A DNA stretch of 64,000 bases from Escherichia coli (GCF_011045215.1 NZ_CP049201.1), one strand, 5' to 3'; positions 34,559 through 45,570 are shown, counted from the first letter of the stretch. The notes: generated by a model from the letters alone, not told the origin. Numbers and translations: made by a program.

Positions 34559-35557
34559 TTATTCAACAATCCCACAAATATCCTGCATCAGATTACGGGC
34601 TGTCTGGCTAATTCCGCCAAGCTGGAAAAAACCGTGAATGACACCGAGGTAACGCTGGGCGGTACAATTTACTCCTTGTTGAATCATACGGGAAAACAGT
34701 TCCTCACCTTCATCGCGTAATGGGTCATATTCCGCTGTGATGATATGAACAGGTGGTAACCCATTGAAATCATTCCTGAATAATGGACTGGCTTCCGGAT
34801 GTTCTAAATCCAGACCGGAAAAATAAGCCTCATAACCACTAAGAAACGTGTCTTCTGTCAGCACATAATCACTACCGTTTAATTTGTAACTATCGCATGA
34901 TGCTGTTGCATCCAGCATAGGGTAAATAAGTATTAATTTTCGTGGTAACCACTGACCGATGTTTTTCACCCTCAGTGCTGTTATCAGTGCAAGATGTCCC
35001 CCTGCGCTATCCCCCATTAACGTTATTCTGTTGCGATCAACTTTCAACATTTCTGCGTGTTGCCACACAATATTAGCGGCATGTTCAGCATCGTCATGTG
35101 CCGCAGGATAAATATGTTCCGGCGCTAATCGATATTGTACAGCAATGACACGACAGCCGCTCAGGAAAGCAAGCTGTCGCAACTGATTATCATGGGTTAC
35201 AAAACCACCACTGACAAAACAGCCACCATGATAATAGACAATTGTGGATGACTCCCCATCATCGTTTAACGGCGAAAATATACGCAATAAAACATCGTCA
35301 ATAATCACATCACTGATGTTTACACGGGTTTCTGTATCGCCGGCCAGAGCAGTACTTTCTATATATCCGGCACGGCGTTCATCAAAGGTCTGGTCACGAC
35401 TGGATGGACGACCAGCCGCAACAAACTCGTTTACAAGGTTCGCGATTTCCTGTTCAAGAGCCATACGAATCATTTCCGGACGATCATATTTAAACAATCC
35501 TCTTGGAAGTATAAATACGCTGCTCAAAAAATAAAAGATGAATAACCATAGTTTCAA
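34559..35557 (-). CDS. alpha/beta-hydrolase esterase/lipase (HSL family)
   Basis: HGGG-type YYHGGCF oxyanion motif and GDSAGG nucleophile elbow; true start probably an internal Met. Confidence 0.8.
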   Translation of the reverse strand: MKLWLFIFYFLSSVFILPRGLFKYDRPEMIRMALEQEIANLVNEFVAAGRPSSRDQTFDERRAGYIESTALAGDTETRVNISDVIIDDVLLRIFSPLNDDGESSTIVYYHGGCFVSGGFVTHDNQLRQLAFLSGCRVIAVQYRLAPEHIYPAAHDDAEHAANIVWQHAEMLKVDRNRITLMGDSAGGHLALITALRVKNIGQWLPRKLILIYPMLDATASCDSYKLNGSDYVLTEDTFLSGYEAYFSGLDLEHPEASPLFRNDFNGLPPVHIITAEYDPLRDEGEELFSRMIQQGVNCTAQRYLGVIHGFFQLGGISQTARNLMQDICGIVE

Positions 35558-35709
35558 CAGGTGTAATACTGGTACTTATGGTACATAGCAGCAATAAATT
35601 CTTTATTTTCCTGAATGTTAAGGAGGTTCCTGCTCTTAGGGACTTGCGGCAAGCGATACCCGGAACAGAATTATGTTTACGGTCTGGTTTGATATTGGAT
35701 TCAATATAA

Positions 35710-36162
35710 TTAAAGCGTTCTCAAAAGTCTGACCGGATTACCCGCATACACGCCTTTTACCAGCACAGGCTTTATAACCACACTACCAGCACCAATCACT
35801 GCTCCACTGCAAATTTCTGTTGTTAAAATGGTCGCTCCGCTACCCACTGTTACAGTGTTACCTAATACGATGCGTATCCAGCTTTCTGCAGAGGCATCGG
35901 GACCACCACACTTAAAAAGATCATTAGCAAAAGTTACGCCATGACCGATGAAACAGCCATCACCTAAAATGACGTTCTCACAGATGAAACTGTGGGACTG
36001 AATTCGGCTCCGGTTGCCAATGATACATCCCTTCTGTATTTCCACAAAGGGACCGATAAAAACATCATCCCCCAGTTCACATTCATAGAGGTTTACTGGC
36101 ATGACGACTTTCACATTTTCACCAAATTTCACATCACGAATGCGGCTGTCAATAACGTTCAT
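35710..36162 (-). CDS. hexapeptide-repeat (LbH) acetyltransferase
   Basis: 150 aa with repeated [LIV]G-x4 hexapeptide pattern. Confidence 0.75.
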   Translation of the reverse strand: MNVIDSRIRDVKFGENVKVVMPVNLYECELGDDVFIGPFVEIQKGCIIGNRSRIQSHSFICENVILGDGCFIGHGVTFANDLFKCGGPDASAESWIRIVLGNTVTVGSGATILTTEICSGAVIGAGSVVIKPVLVKGVYAGNPVRLLRTL

Positions 36163-36671
36163 ATCCGTTGTATCCTCCCTCAGGATGATTCTTATCAGAA
36201 CATTTCACCTGTCAGAATATTCCCGGTAATGTGATACAAGAGCCTGTCTCACCGGGTACCACGTGTTATTGCCCGTATCCTTTTGCCCGTTACGAGTGTA
36301 CAACCGGTTTTATATTTTGCAATCCAGGCCTGTTACACCAGAGCATCCTCTCACTGCCCCCTCACTGGTCAATCCGGGATTCAAAGTCATCCTCCAGCAC
36401 TAAACCCCATACCAGTCCTGAACCTTCCCTCGCCAGCAGCCAGACTCCTACTGTTCACCACAATCCTCTTCCGTGAATGGCCGTAAGTGCGCAGCACCAA
36501 AATAAATCGGTACTTCCGATGACAGACAGTGAAAGCGTCAGAGAAATATGAACATGAGAATGGAAGCAGATACATGACTTCAGGACGACTTTTTCAGAAA
36601 ACGAGCTAAGGGCGTCAGCCAACGACCTTACCGTGGTATACGCTCAGGCGCCGGATGCCGTTTTACCCGGT

Positions 36672-37412
36672 TCACCTGCCATCCAGCAAACGCCCCGGCC
36701 CACGACTGCAACCATAATTACGTTGCCCGGAACCGTCATGCTGCTTCGTCTCATATTTCACGAGATAACTGGCTCTGTTCCGAGCTTTCTGCATCGCTTC
36801 CACATCACCACGCTTGATCCAGAGAACAGCGGCTTCACCAGACTTTTTGTCTGAAGCCTTCCTGGTTTCAGAACATTCACCAGGCACAGGCGTATCATCG
36901 GAAGAAGGGCGAGCATCAGATGATGTCGGTTTACGGAAAGGCGTTGACAGCGTCCGCCTGGAAAAATGAACCAGTCCATTACCCTGCCAAGGCTCAAGAT
37001 GCAGAGCACTGCACCATGCCAGTTGGATCAGCGTCGCCAGCGAAGAAGGAACGGTGAAATCCCCTGGCGAGCACCAGGTATCTTTGTTGAGCAGTAATAT
37101 CACGTGATAATGTTTCCTGCCTTTTTCCTTGCCAAACTCCCGACACCAGAAATAACGCAGAGTGGTTGCGCGCACACGCTTGTTGGCACGTCGTTTTTTC
37201 CGCTGGTAAGCCTGAATTTTTGCTTTCAGGGATTCGAAAAAACGAGAAATCACCGCTGAATCTAAATCGGTATCCATGATGGTGGCAGGCATATACTCAG
37301 GAAAACGTAAATCCACCCGAATTAACGAGACGGCACGGTGTTGCGCCAGGGCACTGTTGAGAATGCTTTCAAAACGGGATAACCAGTAAGCATTGTGTAT
37401 TGGTTGATTCAT
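36672..37412 (-). CDS. Inovirus Gp2-like / YfjJ-YagK family protein, third paralogue
   Basis: 246 aa; SLIRVDLRFPEY and HYHVILLLNKD (HUH-like). Confidence 0.45.
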   Translation of the reverse strand: MNQPIHNAYWLSRFESILNSALAQHRAVSLIRVDLRFPEYMPATIMDTDLDSAVISRFFESLKAKIQAYQRKKRRANKRVRATTLRYFWCREFGKEKGRKHYHVILLLNKDTWCSPGDFTVPSSLATLIQLAWCSALHLEPWQGNGLVHFSRRTLSTPFRKPTSSDARPSSDDTPVPGECSETRKASDKKSGEAAVLWIKRGDVEAMQKARNRASYLVKYETKQHDGSGQRNYGCSRGPGRLLDGR

Positions 37413-38289
37413 GATGAGAGATCTCCGTTGATTTGGATTGACTTCACATCATTAATCACTGTGGTAAAACTTTACGGCATCCCGCCATTGAGCAACGCCA
37501 ATGGCTCCTGATTAAAACAGAATGAATCCCCCACGAAGAAAAGATAAACCTACACGCAGAGTGAAACACACAACAACGGCATAAATGGTTTTTAAAAACT
37601 ACAAAGCCTGAAGGGAAACGGATCAACAAAACGTGCAAACAAAACGTCAGAAACGCAATCAGAACGCTTTCTGGCTCTGTAAATCAACAACAACACCAAA
37701 ACCTACAGCTTAACCACACAACTCAATCACAGAGCCGAATAGCGCGCTTAAAACCTGTTTACAGATAACCCCGCCACAAGAACAAAAACCACCAATATCA
37801 GAATCGATTTTCTTATCCTGAAAACGTTACTTTTCAACACACCATAAAAACGATTAACCATCAATAACGTAAATCTCATCTGAATCAAAACACCAGAACC
37901 AATCATCACGCTTTTCCTGAAAAGAGCCTTATGATGAAGATAATCACCTTGCGCTGAGAAAAAACACCAGGGCCAGTTAATCATCTCATCAATCTCATTG
38001 CTACAAAATCATCTATAAAACCATTTAACAAAATCATCGTAAGCACACAGTAAATCACGCCAGGTTATCTCAGCCGGATTTGCGTTTTACATAAAAACAC
38101 TTGTCTCAGGTTAACGACTAAAAACACGAAAACTCATAAAAGGTTAAATGTAACATCAGTAAAATCGAATAGCATATTGACTGCTTAAACAGGACAGGGA
38201 GTTTTGTAGTGACGTTAACTGATTTTAGTTAGCGTAAAGATTTACTAAACTGGATGTGTTTCAGACAAAGCAATGTGTATAACAATGCT

Positions 38290-38415
38290 TAATGAAAACA
38301 CTTGTAGAATTGTTTATGAAAACACGTGCATGTCTGGTAAAACACTTAGTAGAAAATACGTGTATAACACTTACTGAAATGCTTAGTAAAAATACTGAGT
38401 AAAATACGTGTATAT
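38290..38415. repeat. Degenerate direct-repeat (iteron-like) array
   Basis: Five or more copies of GAAAA(C/T)AC(T/G)T(G/A)(T/C)A spaced about 15-25 bp apart (38294, 38317, 38337, 38352, 38400) in an ORF-free AT-rich region. Confidence 0.4.
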
Positions 38416-39378
38416 AGTATCATACCGACATTCTCAACATCTTCAGACATCCATGCAGACTGAGTGTTGATTTCAGTTTTTCACGGCCAGCATGGATCTT
38501 TACTGGTCAAAAAACAGACAGATTTACTCTGGAATTATTTTTCCAGGCCTCCCTGAAAAGACCATCCGGAGCACCCCGTTCGTCAGCTTCCATGTTGTCT
38601 TTTACCCCCGGAAAGTGATCGCATTTTCCAGCCAGAATGACAGCCATACTGATTATGACGTCTCTCCGGCCCCTTCACATATAACATTCATGTCAGTCAT
38701 TTCTACTGTCTCACTCACCGAAATTCTCCATGCCGGATGAAGCAATTGTTCTGAACTGAGCAGAAGCATAACAGCACACACAAGGAAACGACTGTGCCAT
38801 AGATCCCGGAATCAGGATCTTAATGTCAGGAAAACAGTGACGACCGGGGATAACTAACAACAACCTGAGTACAGAAGAAAGCTTTCCCGCGCACGCCACC
38901 ATCTTATGTAAGAGGATATGATGCCCCCACCTCAGAAGAACCGTCTCCGGGAGAACTTCACTGCATCAAAAATCCTTTTGCTGAGTTCTCATTCCCCATC
39001 ATGGCAGCTACAGACATGCCCTGACAGAGCGTATGCGCATTGAGAGAAATAACCATAAATGATGAGAAGACACTCTATATGACGACAGCATGTTGAGGTA
39101 TAAAAAATATTCATCTAAATATTTTAAGAATATTTTTTATTGCAAATTACATGAAATAACATGATGTCAATATAATTTTGTCAAATGCGTGAGATTAATC
39201 ACATTGTAATTTTATGTATTTTTATGTAAATAAGAGAAAATGATCCATGAGCGTTATTGCATTTTTTCTGATGTATGGATAAAAGGGGGATTCAGGCAAA
39301 ATTTACTGACAGAGGAGATGATAAGAGGGGGTTAAAGAGTTCTATAGAGTTGGTTGTGCATTTATACCCAGGGAGTTC

Positions 39379-40233
39379 ATGTCTGTGCATTCACCAGATG
39401 AATCTGCTCATGTTTTTAGTAGGATGGAATATGAATATCACCGACATAACGATAAATTACGTTCTGTTAATGCTGATAATGCAGGCAGAGACGTTGTTCC
39501 GGAGTGGGTGCAAAAAGACCCTGTAGCCGCATTCTGGGTATGGATGTTTATATATCATGTTCCTGACAGTATTGTCCGACTCTCAGGTGAGCGATATGCA
39601 GATTACGGAACTTCCTGTCTGTATTCCAGACTGTTCGCTGCTGAAGCACTTCCGGTTGAGCATCAGGCAAGGATTAGTGTGACGAGAAAATGGCTACAGG
39701 AACTTAAAAGGCTAACCGGAACAGAAAATGTATCTGACTTCTTGTATGCCGTTCATTTTTTATGGTCATATGCTGAAAAAGTGAACCCCATGACATGGCT
39801 TGGTTCCCGGCGGATACATATCAAATGGGCATGGGCGTATCTGCAGAAACATTGCACTGACGAAGAACGTCACTGTCCTGATATTTCAGAATTTAAAGCT
39901 TCAGGGGAGTCCCGTCTGTTCATAATAGCTTATGTGCGCTGTGTCTTCATGAAAATCTATTCTGTCGGTACTGAACCTCAAAAGTTAAAAGAATTAGTTC
40001 ATCAGCAGAATGATTTTCTCAGGCGCATGAAGTGCTCATACCAGAAAATGTTCCGGTATGAGAAAACCGATTCCCGGGTACAGATAAGTGCCCTGATTTC
40101 TCCGGAAGCCAGGAATGCACTCCGGAAAATGGCAAAAAAGAATAATCTGACTCAGGCTGAAATACTGGATAAACTCATCTTATCAGCTGATCGTCTGTTT
40201 ATGCAGAAAACAACCGGGGATTATTCCCGTTAA
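39379..40233 (+). CDS. hypothetical protein (284 aa) with a possible C-terminal ribbon-helix-helix-like segment
   Basis: ORF only; C-terminal EARNALRKMAKKNNLTQAEILDKLI. Confidence 0.4.
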   Translation: MSVHSPDESAHVFSRMEYEYHRHNDKLRSVNADNAGRDVVPEWVQKDPVAAFWVWMFIYHVPDSIVRLSGERYADYGTSCLYSRLFAAEALPVEHQARISVTRKWLQELKRLTGTENVSDFLYAVHFLWSYAEKVNPMTWLGSRRIHIKWAWAYLQKHCTDEERHCPDISEFKASGESRLFIIAYVRCVFMKIYSVGTEPQKLKELVHQQNDFLRRMKCSYQKMFRYEKTDSRVQISALISPEARNALRKMAKKNNLTQAEILDKLILSADRLFMQKTTGDYSR

Positions 40234-41237
40234 TGAGTTCCACCAGAACCGTTTTTCTTTTTGCTGCTGTTTTTGCGTTTATGCTGTTCGTACCTTTCTT
40301 TTGACGTACAAAGGAATCTTCCATAAACATTGCGGATATATGAGTTGATACACTCCAGCATTCTCTCTTTTCGTGATTTCCCTTTTTCCTTCGAATCTTC
40401 ACTTTGAACATTAATGTTCATCAGTTCTTTTATAAACTTATCCAGATTTTCCATGTCATAAAGCAGCATGAAAAACATCACATTTCCCAGTGATTCCAGT
40501 AACTGAGATTCAACCCTGTACCCATATTTTCTGAAACTTAGCCCTGTTAAAAACTGTTCAAACATTACCCCTGATTCAAAAAGAGATTTTAATCCCAGTC
40601 GCTTATATTCCAGGTAAAAAAGTTCAAACGTCGGGGATGCTGAACGGCAAATAAACGAAGACAGCGCCCATGGATCAAAATATGTAACACGCTTCCCCTC
40701 CCGCACTTCCTGCGGTGTCAGCGGCGGTTCAGCAAACCAGGCGTCCAGCTCAGCCGAATCGCTGTCCCTGCTCAAAACCTCATACAAACTGCCCGTGAAC
40801 GGTTGAGGCGGATTTTTGGTTGCTTCATCTTCTGATTGTCTGGATTGTCTGAATCCGTCCACTTTTCTCCGGATATTACGCGGGATCAGCATAAAAGGCG
40901 GGACATTAAGTGATAAATGTTTACCCGTCATGCGATACCATTGCCCCACCTCAACCTTAATCCGTGTATCTGGCCTTAGCTCAAGTGCTATTATGTTAAG
41001 CAGGTACAGATAACGCACCGTATAACAGTCAAAATGTTTCTCCGGATCAAACGGCTCTGACCCTTCTCTGCACACGAGTCCTCTGCGCTTCAGTATTCGC
41101 TGGGTATCTTTCCAGGCCTTACTCTGAAGAATGGTGGTAACTCTGGCCTTATTAACAATATCACGCAGTGCATCACCTTGTTGTGCCGTCATCCAACACC
41201 TCCCGCACTCTGTCACTCCAGATTTTTTCACGCCCAT
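40230..41237 (-). CDS. hypothetical protein (335 aa)
   Basis: ORF convergent with 39379-40233, 3' ends overlap by 4 bp; lysine-rich C-terminus. Confidence 0.4.
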   Translation of the reverse strand: MGVKKSGVTECGRCWMTAQQGDALRDIVNKARVTTILQSKAWKDTQRILKRRGLVCREGSEPFDPEKHFDCYTVRYLYLLNIIALELRPDTRIKVEVGQWYRMTGKHLSLNVPPFMLIPRNIRRKVDGFRQSRQSEDEATKNPPQPFTGSLYEVLSRDSDSAELDAWFAEPPLTPQEVREGKRVTYFDPWALSSFICRSASPTFELFYLEYKRLGLKSLFESGVMFEQFLTGLSFRKYGYRVESQLLESLGNVMFFMLLYDMENLDKFIKELMNINVQSEDSKEKGKSRKERMLECINSYIRNVYGRFLCTSKERYEQHKRKNSSKKKNGSGGTH

Positions 41238-41299
41238 ATTACCTGAATGATAAGCCGGATTAGTGTGATCCGGTTAGGTAAAATCAACAGGATACCGGT

Positions 41300-42184
41300 A
41301 TGTTATTCAGCCATTCTTCCCTCTCCGCGCAAGTGAAATCACATCTGACGTTTCTTCCTGAAGAAATTCGCCAGAAAATCCTTGAACATCTCCACAGCGT
41401 TATTCATTACGAGCCCGTGATTGGCATTATGGGTAAATCCGGCACAGGCAAAAGCAGTCTGTGTAATGCCATTTTTCAGTCCCGTATCTGCGCCACGCAT
41501 CCCCTGAACGGCTGCACCCGCCAGGCTCATCGCCTCTCCCTGCAGATTGGTGAACGCAGAATGACGCTGGTCGATCTGCCCGGCATTGGTGAAACACCGC
41601 AGCATGATCAGGAATACCGGGAGCTTTACCGTCAGTTACTGCCGGAACTGGATCTGATTATCTGGATCCTGCGGGCTGATGAACGTGCGTATGCTGCCGA
41701 TATTGCCATGCATCAGTTTTTACTGAATGAAGGCGCAGATCCCTCGCGTTTTCTGTTTGTTCTCAGCCATGCCGATCGCGTATTTCCTGCTGAAGAATGG
41801 AACGACACAGAAAAATGCCCGTCCCGTCAGCAGGAACTCTCACTGGCAACAGTAACAGCCCGGGTGGTAACCCTGTTCCCTTCATCATTTCCGGTACTCT
41901 CCGTTGCCGCACCTGTCGGCTGGAACCTTCCGGCATTTGTGTCGCTGATGATCCACGCACTGCCACCACAGGCAACCAGCGCGGTGTATTCACATATCCG
42001 GGGGGAAAACCGCTCTGAACAGGCCCGGAAACACGCACAACAGACTTTTGGTGAAACCATCGGGAAAAGTTTTGACGACGCCGTTGCCCGTTTCAGTTTT
42101 CCGGCCTGGATGTTACAGCTTCTGCGCAAAACCCGGGACCGCATTATCCGCCTGCTGGTCACACTGTGGGATCACCTGTTCTGA
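41300..42184 (+). CDS. YfjP/YkfA/YeeP-family GTPase
   Basis: 294 aa; G1 motif GIMGKSGTGKSSL, DLPG switch motif. Confidence 0.75.
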   Translation: MLFSHSSLSAQVKSHLTFLPEEIRQKILEHLHSVIHYEPVIGIMGKSGTGKSSLCNAIFQSRICATHPLNGCTRQAHRLSLQIGERRMTLVDLPGIGETPQHDQEYRELYRQLLPELDLIIWILRADERAYAADIAMHQFLLNEGADPSRFLFVLSHADRVFPAEEWNDTEKCPSRQQELSLATVTARVVTLFPSSFPVLSVAAPVGWNLPAFVSLMIHALPPQATSAVYSHIRGENRSEQARKHAQQTFGETIGKSFDDAVARFSFPAWMLQLLRKTRDRIIRLLVTLWDHLF

Positions 42185-42302
42185 GCGCCCCGGAGTCCCC
42201 CGTGGCAACCGTATACCTTTACACGACAACGGATTACGGTAACCACTGCCGTATACCGTCTGTCATTATCAATAACACGCTCTTTAATTTCAGAGGTCAG
42301 TC

Positions 42303-42980
42303 ATGAATACCAGAATTCTTTTTCCCCTGCTGTTCACTGTGGCATCCTTCTCCGCCTCCGCCGGTAACTGGGCTGTCAAAAACGGCTGGTGTCAGACCAT
42401 GACGGAAGATGGTCAGGCGCTGGTAATGCTGAAAAATGGCACGATTGGTATTATCGGCCTGATGCAGGGATGTCCGAATGGCGTACAGACGCTCCTGGGC
42501 AGCCGTATCAGTATTAACGGTAACCTGATCCCCACATCACAAATGTGTAATCAGCAGACGGGATTCAGGGCTGTTGAGGTGGAAATCGGACAGGCGCCGG
42601 AAATGGTCAAAAAAGCCGTTCACTCCATAGCAGAGCGTGATGTGTCCGTTTTACAGGCATTTGGTGTACGAATGGAATTCACCCGCGGTGATATGCTGAA
42701 GGTCTGTCCGAAATTTGTCACATCACTTGCCGGTTTTTCCCCGAAACAGACGACCACTATTAATAAAGACTCCGTACTGCAGGCTGCCCGACAGGCATAC
42801 GCCCGGAAATACGACGAGGAAACAACAGAAACCGCTGATTTTGGCTCTTACGAAGTAAAAGGCAATAAGGTTGAGTTTGAAGTGTTCAATCCTGAAGACC
42901 GTGCGTACGACAAAGTGACCGTCACGGTTGGTGCTGACGGTAATGCCACCGGCGCCAGCGTTGAATTTATCGGAAAATAG
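42303..42980 (+). CDS. hypothetical secreted protein (225 aa)
   Basis: Signal peptide [20 protein letters not shown]. Confidence 0.5.
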   Translation: MNTRILFPLLFTVASFSASAGNWAVKNGWCQTMTEDGQALVMLKNGTIGIIGLMQGCPNGVQTLLGSRISINGNLIPTSQMCNQQTGFRAVEVEIGQAPEMVKKAVHSIAERDVSVLQAFGVRMEFTRGDMLKVCPKFVTSLAGFSPKQTTTINKDSVLQAARQAYARKYDEETTETADFGSYEVKGNKVEFEVFNPEDRAYDKVTVTVGADGNATGASVEFIGK

Positions 42981-42985
42981 CCGGT

Positions 42986-43219
42986 ATGTCGGACTGCCAC
43001 CCTGTTTTATTGCCCGAAGGCCCTTTCTCACGCGAACAGGCGGTTGCCGTCACAACAGCTTACCGCAATGTGCTTATTGAAGATGACCAGGGAACGCATT
43101 TCCGGCTGGTTATCCGCAATGCCGAAGGGCAGCTACGCTGGCGGTGCTGGAATTTTGAACCTGATGCCGGAAAACAGCTAAATTCGTATCTCGCCAGTGA
43201 GGGAATTCTCAGGCAATAA
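42986..43219 (+). CDS. DUF905 (YkfF-like) protein
   Basis: 77 aa, position and size typical of the CP4-type module. Confidence 0.5.
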   Translation: MSDCHPVLLPEGPFSREQAVAVTTAYRNVLIEDDQGTHFRLVIRNAEGQLRWRCWNFEPDAGKQLNSYLASEGILRQ

Positions 43220-43317
43220 ACGTCTTCATTTCATCCATCAGGCCGCGTCTTCTCCGGGAGACGTGGCTTTTTCATTTATTACACCAGTAAATCTTAACCA
43301 CCGATAAGGAGCAAATT

Positions 43318-44136
43318 ATGCGACTAGCCAGTCGTTTTGGTTATGCGAACCAGATACGCCGTGACCGTCCGCTGACACACGAAGAACTGATGCACTATGT
43401 GCCGGGGATTTTCGGGGAAGAGAAACACACGTCCCGAAGCCAGAACTATACGTACATCCCCACCATCACCGTACTGGAAAGCCTGCAGCGGGAAGGCTTT
43501 CAGCCATTCTTCGCCTGCCAGACCCGTGTGCGCGACCCGGGCCGCCGGGGATACACCAAACACATGCTGCGTCTGCGGCGGGCCGGAGAGATAACCGGTC
43601 AGCATGTGCCTGAAATTATTCTGCTCAACTCCCATGACGGTACCTCCAGCTACCAAATGTTACCCGGATATTTTCGTGCCATTTGTACCAATGGCCTGGT
43701 CTGCGGTCAGTCACTGGGAGAAGTGCGTGTACCTCACCGGGGAAATGTGGTGGACAGGGTCATCGAAGGTGCTTACGAGGTGGTAGGCGTTTTTGACCGG
43801 ATTGAGGAAAAGCGTGATGCCATGCAGTCGCTGGTTCTGCCGCCACCGGCACGTCAGGCACTGGCACAGGCGGCGCTGACTTACCGTTATGGTGATGAAC
43901 ATCAACCCGTCACCACTGCCGACATTCTGACACCACGACGCCGGGAGGATTACGGTAAGGACCGGTGGAGCGCATATCAGACCATCCAGGAGAATATGCT
44001 GAAAGGCGGGATTTCCGGTCGCAGTGCAAAAGGAAAACGTATCCATACCCGTGCCATTCACAGTATCGACACCGACATCAAGCTCAATCGCGCATTGTGG
44101 GTGATGGCGGAAACGCTGCTGGAGAGCATGCGCTGA
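43318..44136 (+). CDS. DUF932 (YfjQ/YafZ-like) protein
   Basis: 272 aa, conserved position after the GTPase. Confidence 0.6.
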   Translation: MRLASRFGYANQIRRDRPLTHEELMHYVPGIFGEEKHTSRSQNYTYIPTITVLESLQREGFQPFFACQTRVRDPGRRGYTKHMLRLRRAGEITGQHVPEIILLNSHDGTSSYQMLPGYFRAICTNGLVCGQSLGEVRVPHRGNVVDRVIEGAYEVVGVFDRIEEKRDAMQSLVLPPPARQALAQAALTYRYGDEHQPVTTADILTPRRREDYGKDRWSAYQTIQENMLKGGISGRSAKGKRIHTRAIHSIDTDIKLNRALWVMAETLLESMR

Positions 44137-44227
44137 TGCTGTTTCCCTGAAAGTGCAGCCCTGACTCACGTCTGTACCAGTCCCCAGGCATTCTTCCATT
44201 CATTTGCTTTTTATAAGGAATAATCTC

Positions 44228-44713
44228 ATGACAACCTCTTCGCATAATTCCACCACACCTTCTGTTTCCGTAACAACTGCATCAGGGAATAACCAGTCTC
44301 AACTGGTTGCCACTCCCGTCCCTGATGAACAGCGCATCAGTTTCTGGCCGCAGCATTTTGGCCTCATTCCACAGTGGGTGACCCTGGAGCCCCGTATCTT
44401 CGGCTGGATGGACCGTCTGTGTGAAGACTACTGCGGTGGTATCTGGAATCTGTACACCCTGAACAACGGTGGCGCATTTATGGCACCCGAACCGGATGAC
44501 GATGATGACGAAACATGGGTGCTGTTTAACGTCATGAACGGTAACCGCGCTGAAATGAGCCCGGAAGCCGCCGGCATTGCCGCCTGTCTGATGGCGTACA
44601 GCCATCACGCCTGTCGTACAGAGAATTATGCCATGACGGTTCATTATTACCGGCTGCGGGATTATGCCCTGCAGCATCCGGAATGCAGCGCCATTATGCG
44701 CATCATTGACTGA
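44228..44713 (+). CDS. KlcA/ArdB-family antirestriction protein (YfjX-like)
   Basis: ORF track start is TTG at 44204; ATG at 44228 has AAGGA upstream. Confidence 0.6.
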   Translation: MTTSSHNSTTPSVSVTTASGNNQSQLVATPVPDEQRISFWPQHFGLIPQWVTLEPRIFGWMDRLCEDYCGGIWNLYTLNNGGAFMAPEPDDDDDETWVLFNVMNGNRAEMSPEAAGIAACLMAYSHHACRTENYAMTVHYYRLRDYALQHPECSAIMRIID

Positions 44714-44728
44714 ATGGAGGCAGGGACA

Positions 44729-45205
44729 ATGCAGCAGCTTTCCTTTCTGCCCGGCGCGATGACGCCCGGCGAGCGCAACCTCATTCAGCGGGCCCTGAAA
44801 ACCCTGGACCGCCATCTTCATGAACCCGGCGTGGCCTTCACCTCCACCCGTGCGGCACGGGAATGGCTGATTCTGAACATGGCGGGACTGGAGCGTGAAG
44901 AATTCCGGGTGCTGTATCTGAACAACCAGAATCAGCTGATTGCCGGTGAAACCCTCTTCACCGGCACCATCAACCGCACGGAAGTCCATCCCCGGGAAGT
45001 GATTAAACGCGCCCTGTACCACAATGCCGCTGCCGTGGTACTGGCACACAATCACCCGTCCGGTGAAGTCACACCCAGTAAGGCAGACCGGCTTATTACG
45101 GAACGTCTGGTACAGGCACTGGGCCTGGTGGACATCCGGGTGCCGGACCATCTGATAGTCGGTGGCAGCCAGGTTTTCTCCTTTGCCGAACACGGTCTGC
45201 TTTAA
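44729..45205 (+). CDS. RadC-like JAB-domain protein (YfjY/YeeS-like)
   Basis: JAMM-like HNHPSGE motif; GGAGG upstream of ATG at 44729. Confidence 0.7.
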   Translation: MQQLSFLPGAMTPGERNLIQRALKTLDRHLHEPGVAFTSTRAAREWLILNMAGLEREEFRVLYLNNQNQLIAGETLFTGTINRTEVHPREVIKRALYHNAAAVVLAHNHPSGEVTPSKADRLITERLVQALGLVDIRVPDHLIVGGSQVFSFAEHGLL

Positions 45206-45273
45206 CCTGTCACCACCACAATCACATCACACCTGTTTTCACTTTTATCTTCTGTCTTCAGAGGCATCACACT

Positions 45274-45495
45274 ATGAAAATCATCACCCGTGGTGAAGCC
45301 ATGCGTATTCACCAACAGCATCCTGCATCCCGTCTTTTTCCGTTCTGTACCGGCAAATACCGCTGGCACGGCAGTGCCGGGGCGTATACCGGTCGTGAAG
45401 TACAGGATATTCCCGGTGTGCTGGCCGTGTTTGCTGAACGCCGTAAGGACAGTTTTGGCCCGTATGTCCGGCTGATGAGCGTAACACTGAACTGA
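45274..45495 (+). CDS. DUF987 (YeeT/YpjJ-like) protein
   Basis: 73 aa, conserved position before the toxin-antitoxin pair. Confidence 0.5.
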   Translation: MKIITRGEAMRIHQQHPASRLFPFCTGKYRWHGSAGAYTGREVQDIPGVLAVFAERRKDSFGPYVRLMSVTLN

Positions 45496-45570
45496 ATCAG
45501 GGCATTCAGATGAGCAGAATTATCGCCACCATCGAACCATTCTTAACTGATTTTTTGTGAGGATTTTATC

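Noticed and set aside
43711-45193. Minus-strand ORFs of 162 and 303 aa
   Set aside because: Antisense to the well-supported KlcA-like, RadC-like and DUF932 genes of the CP4-type module.
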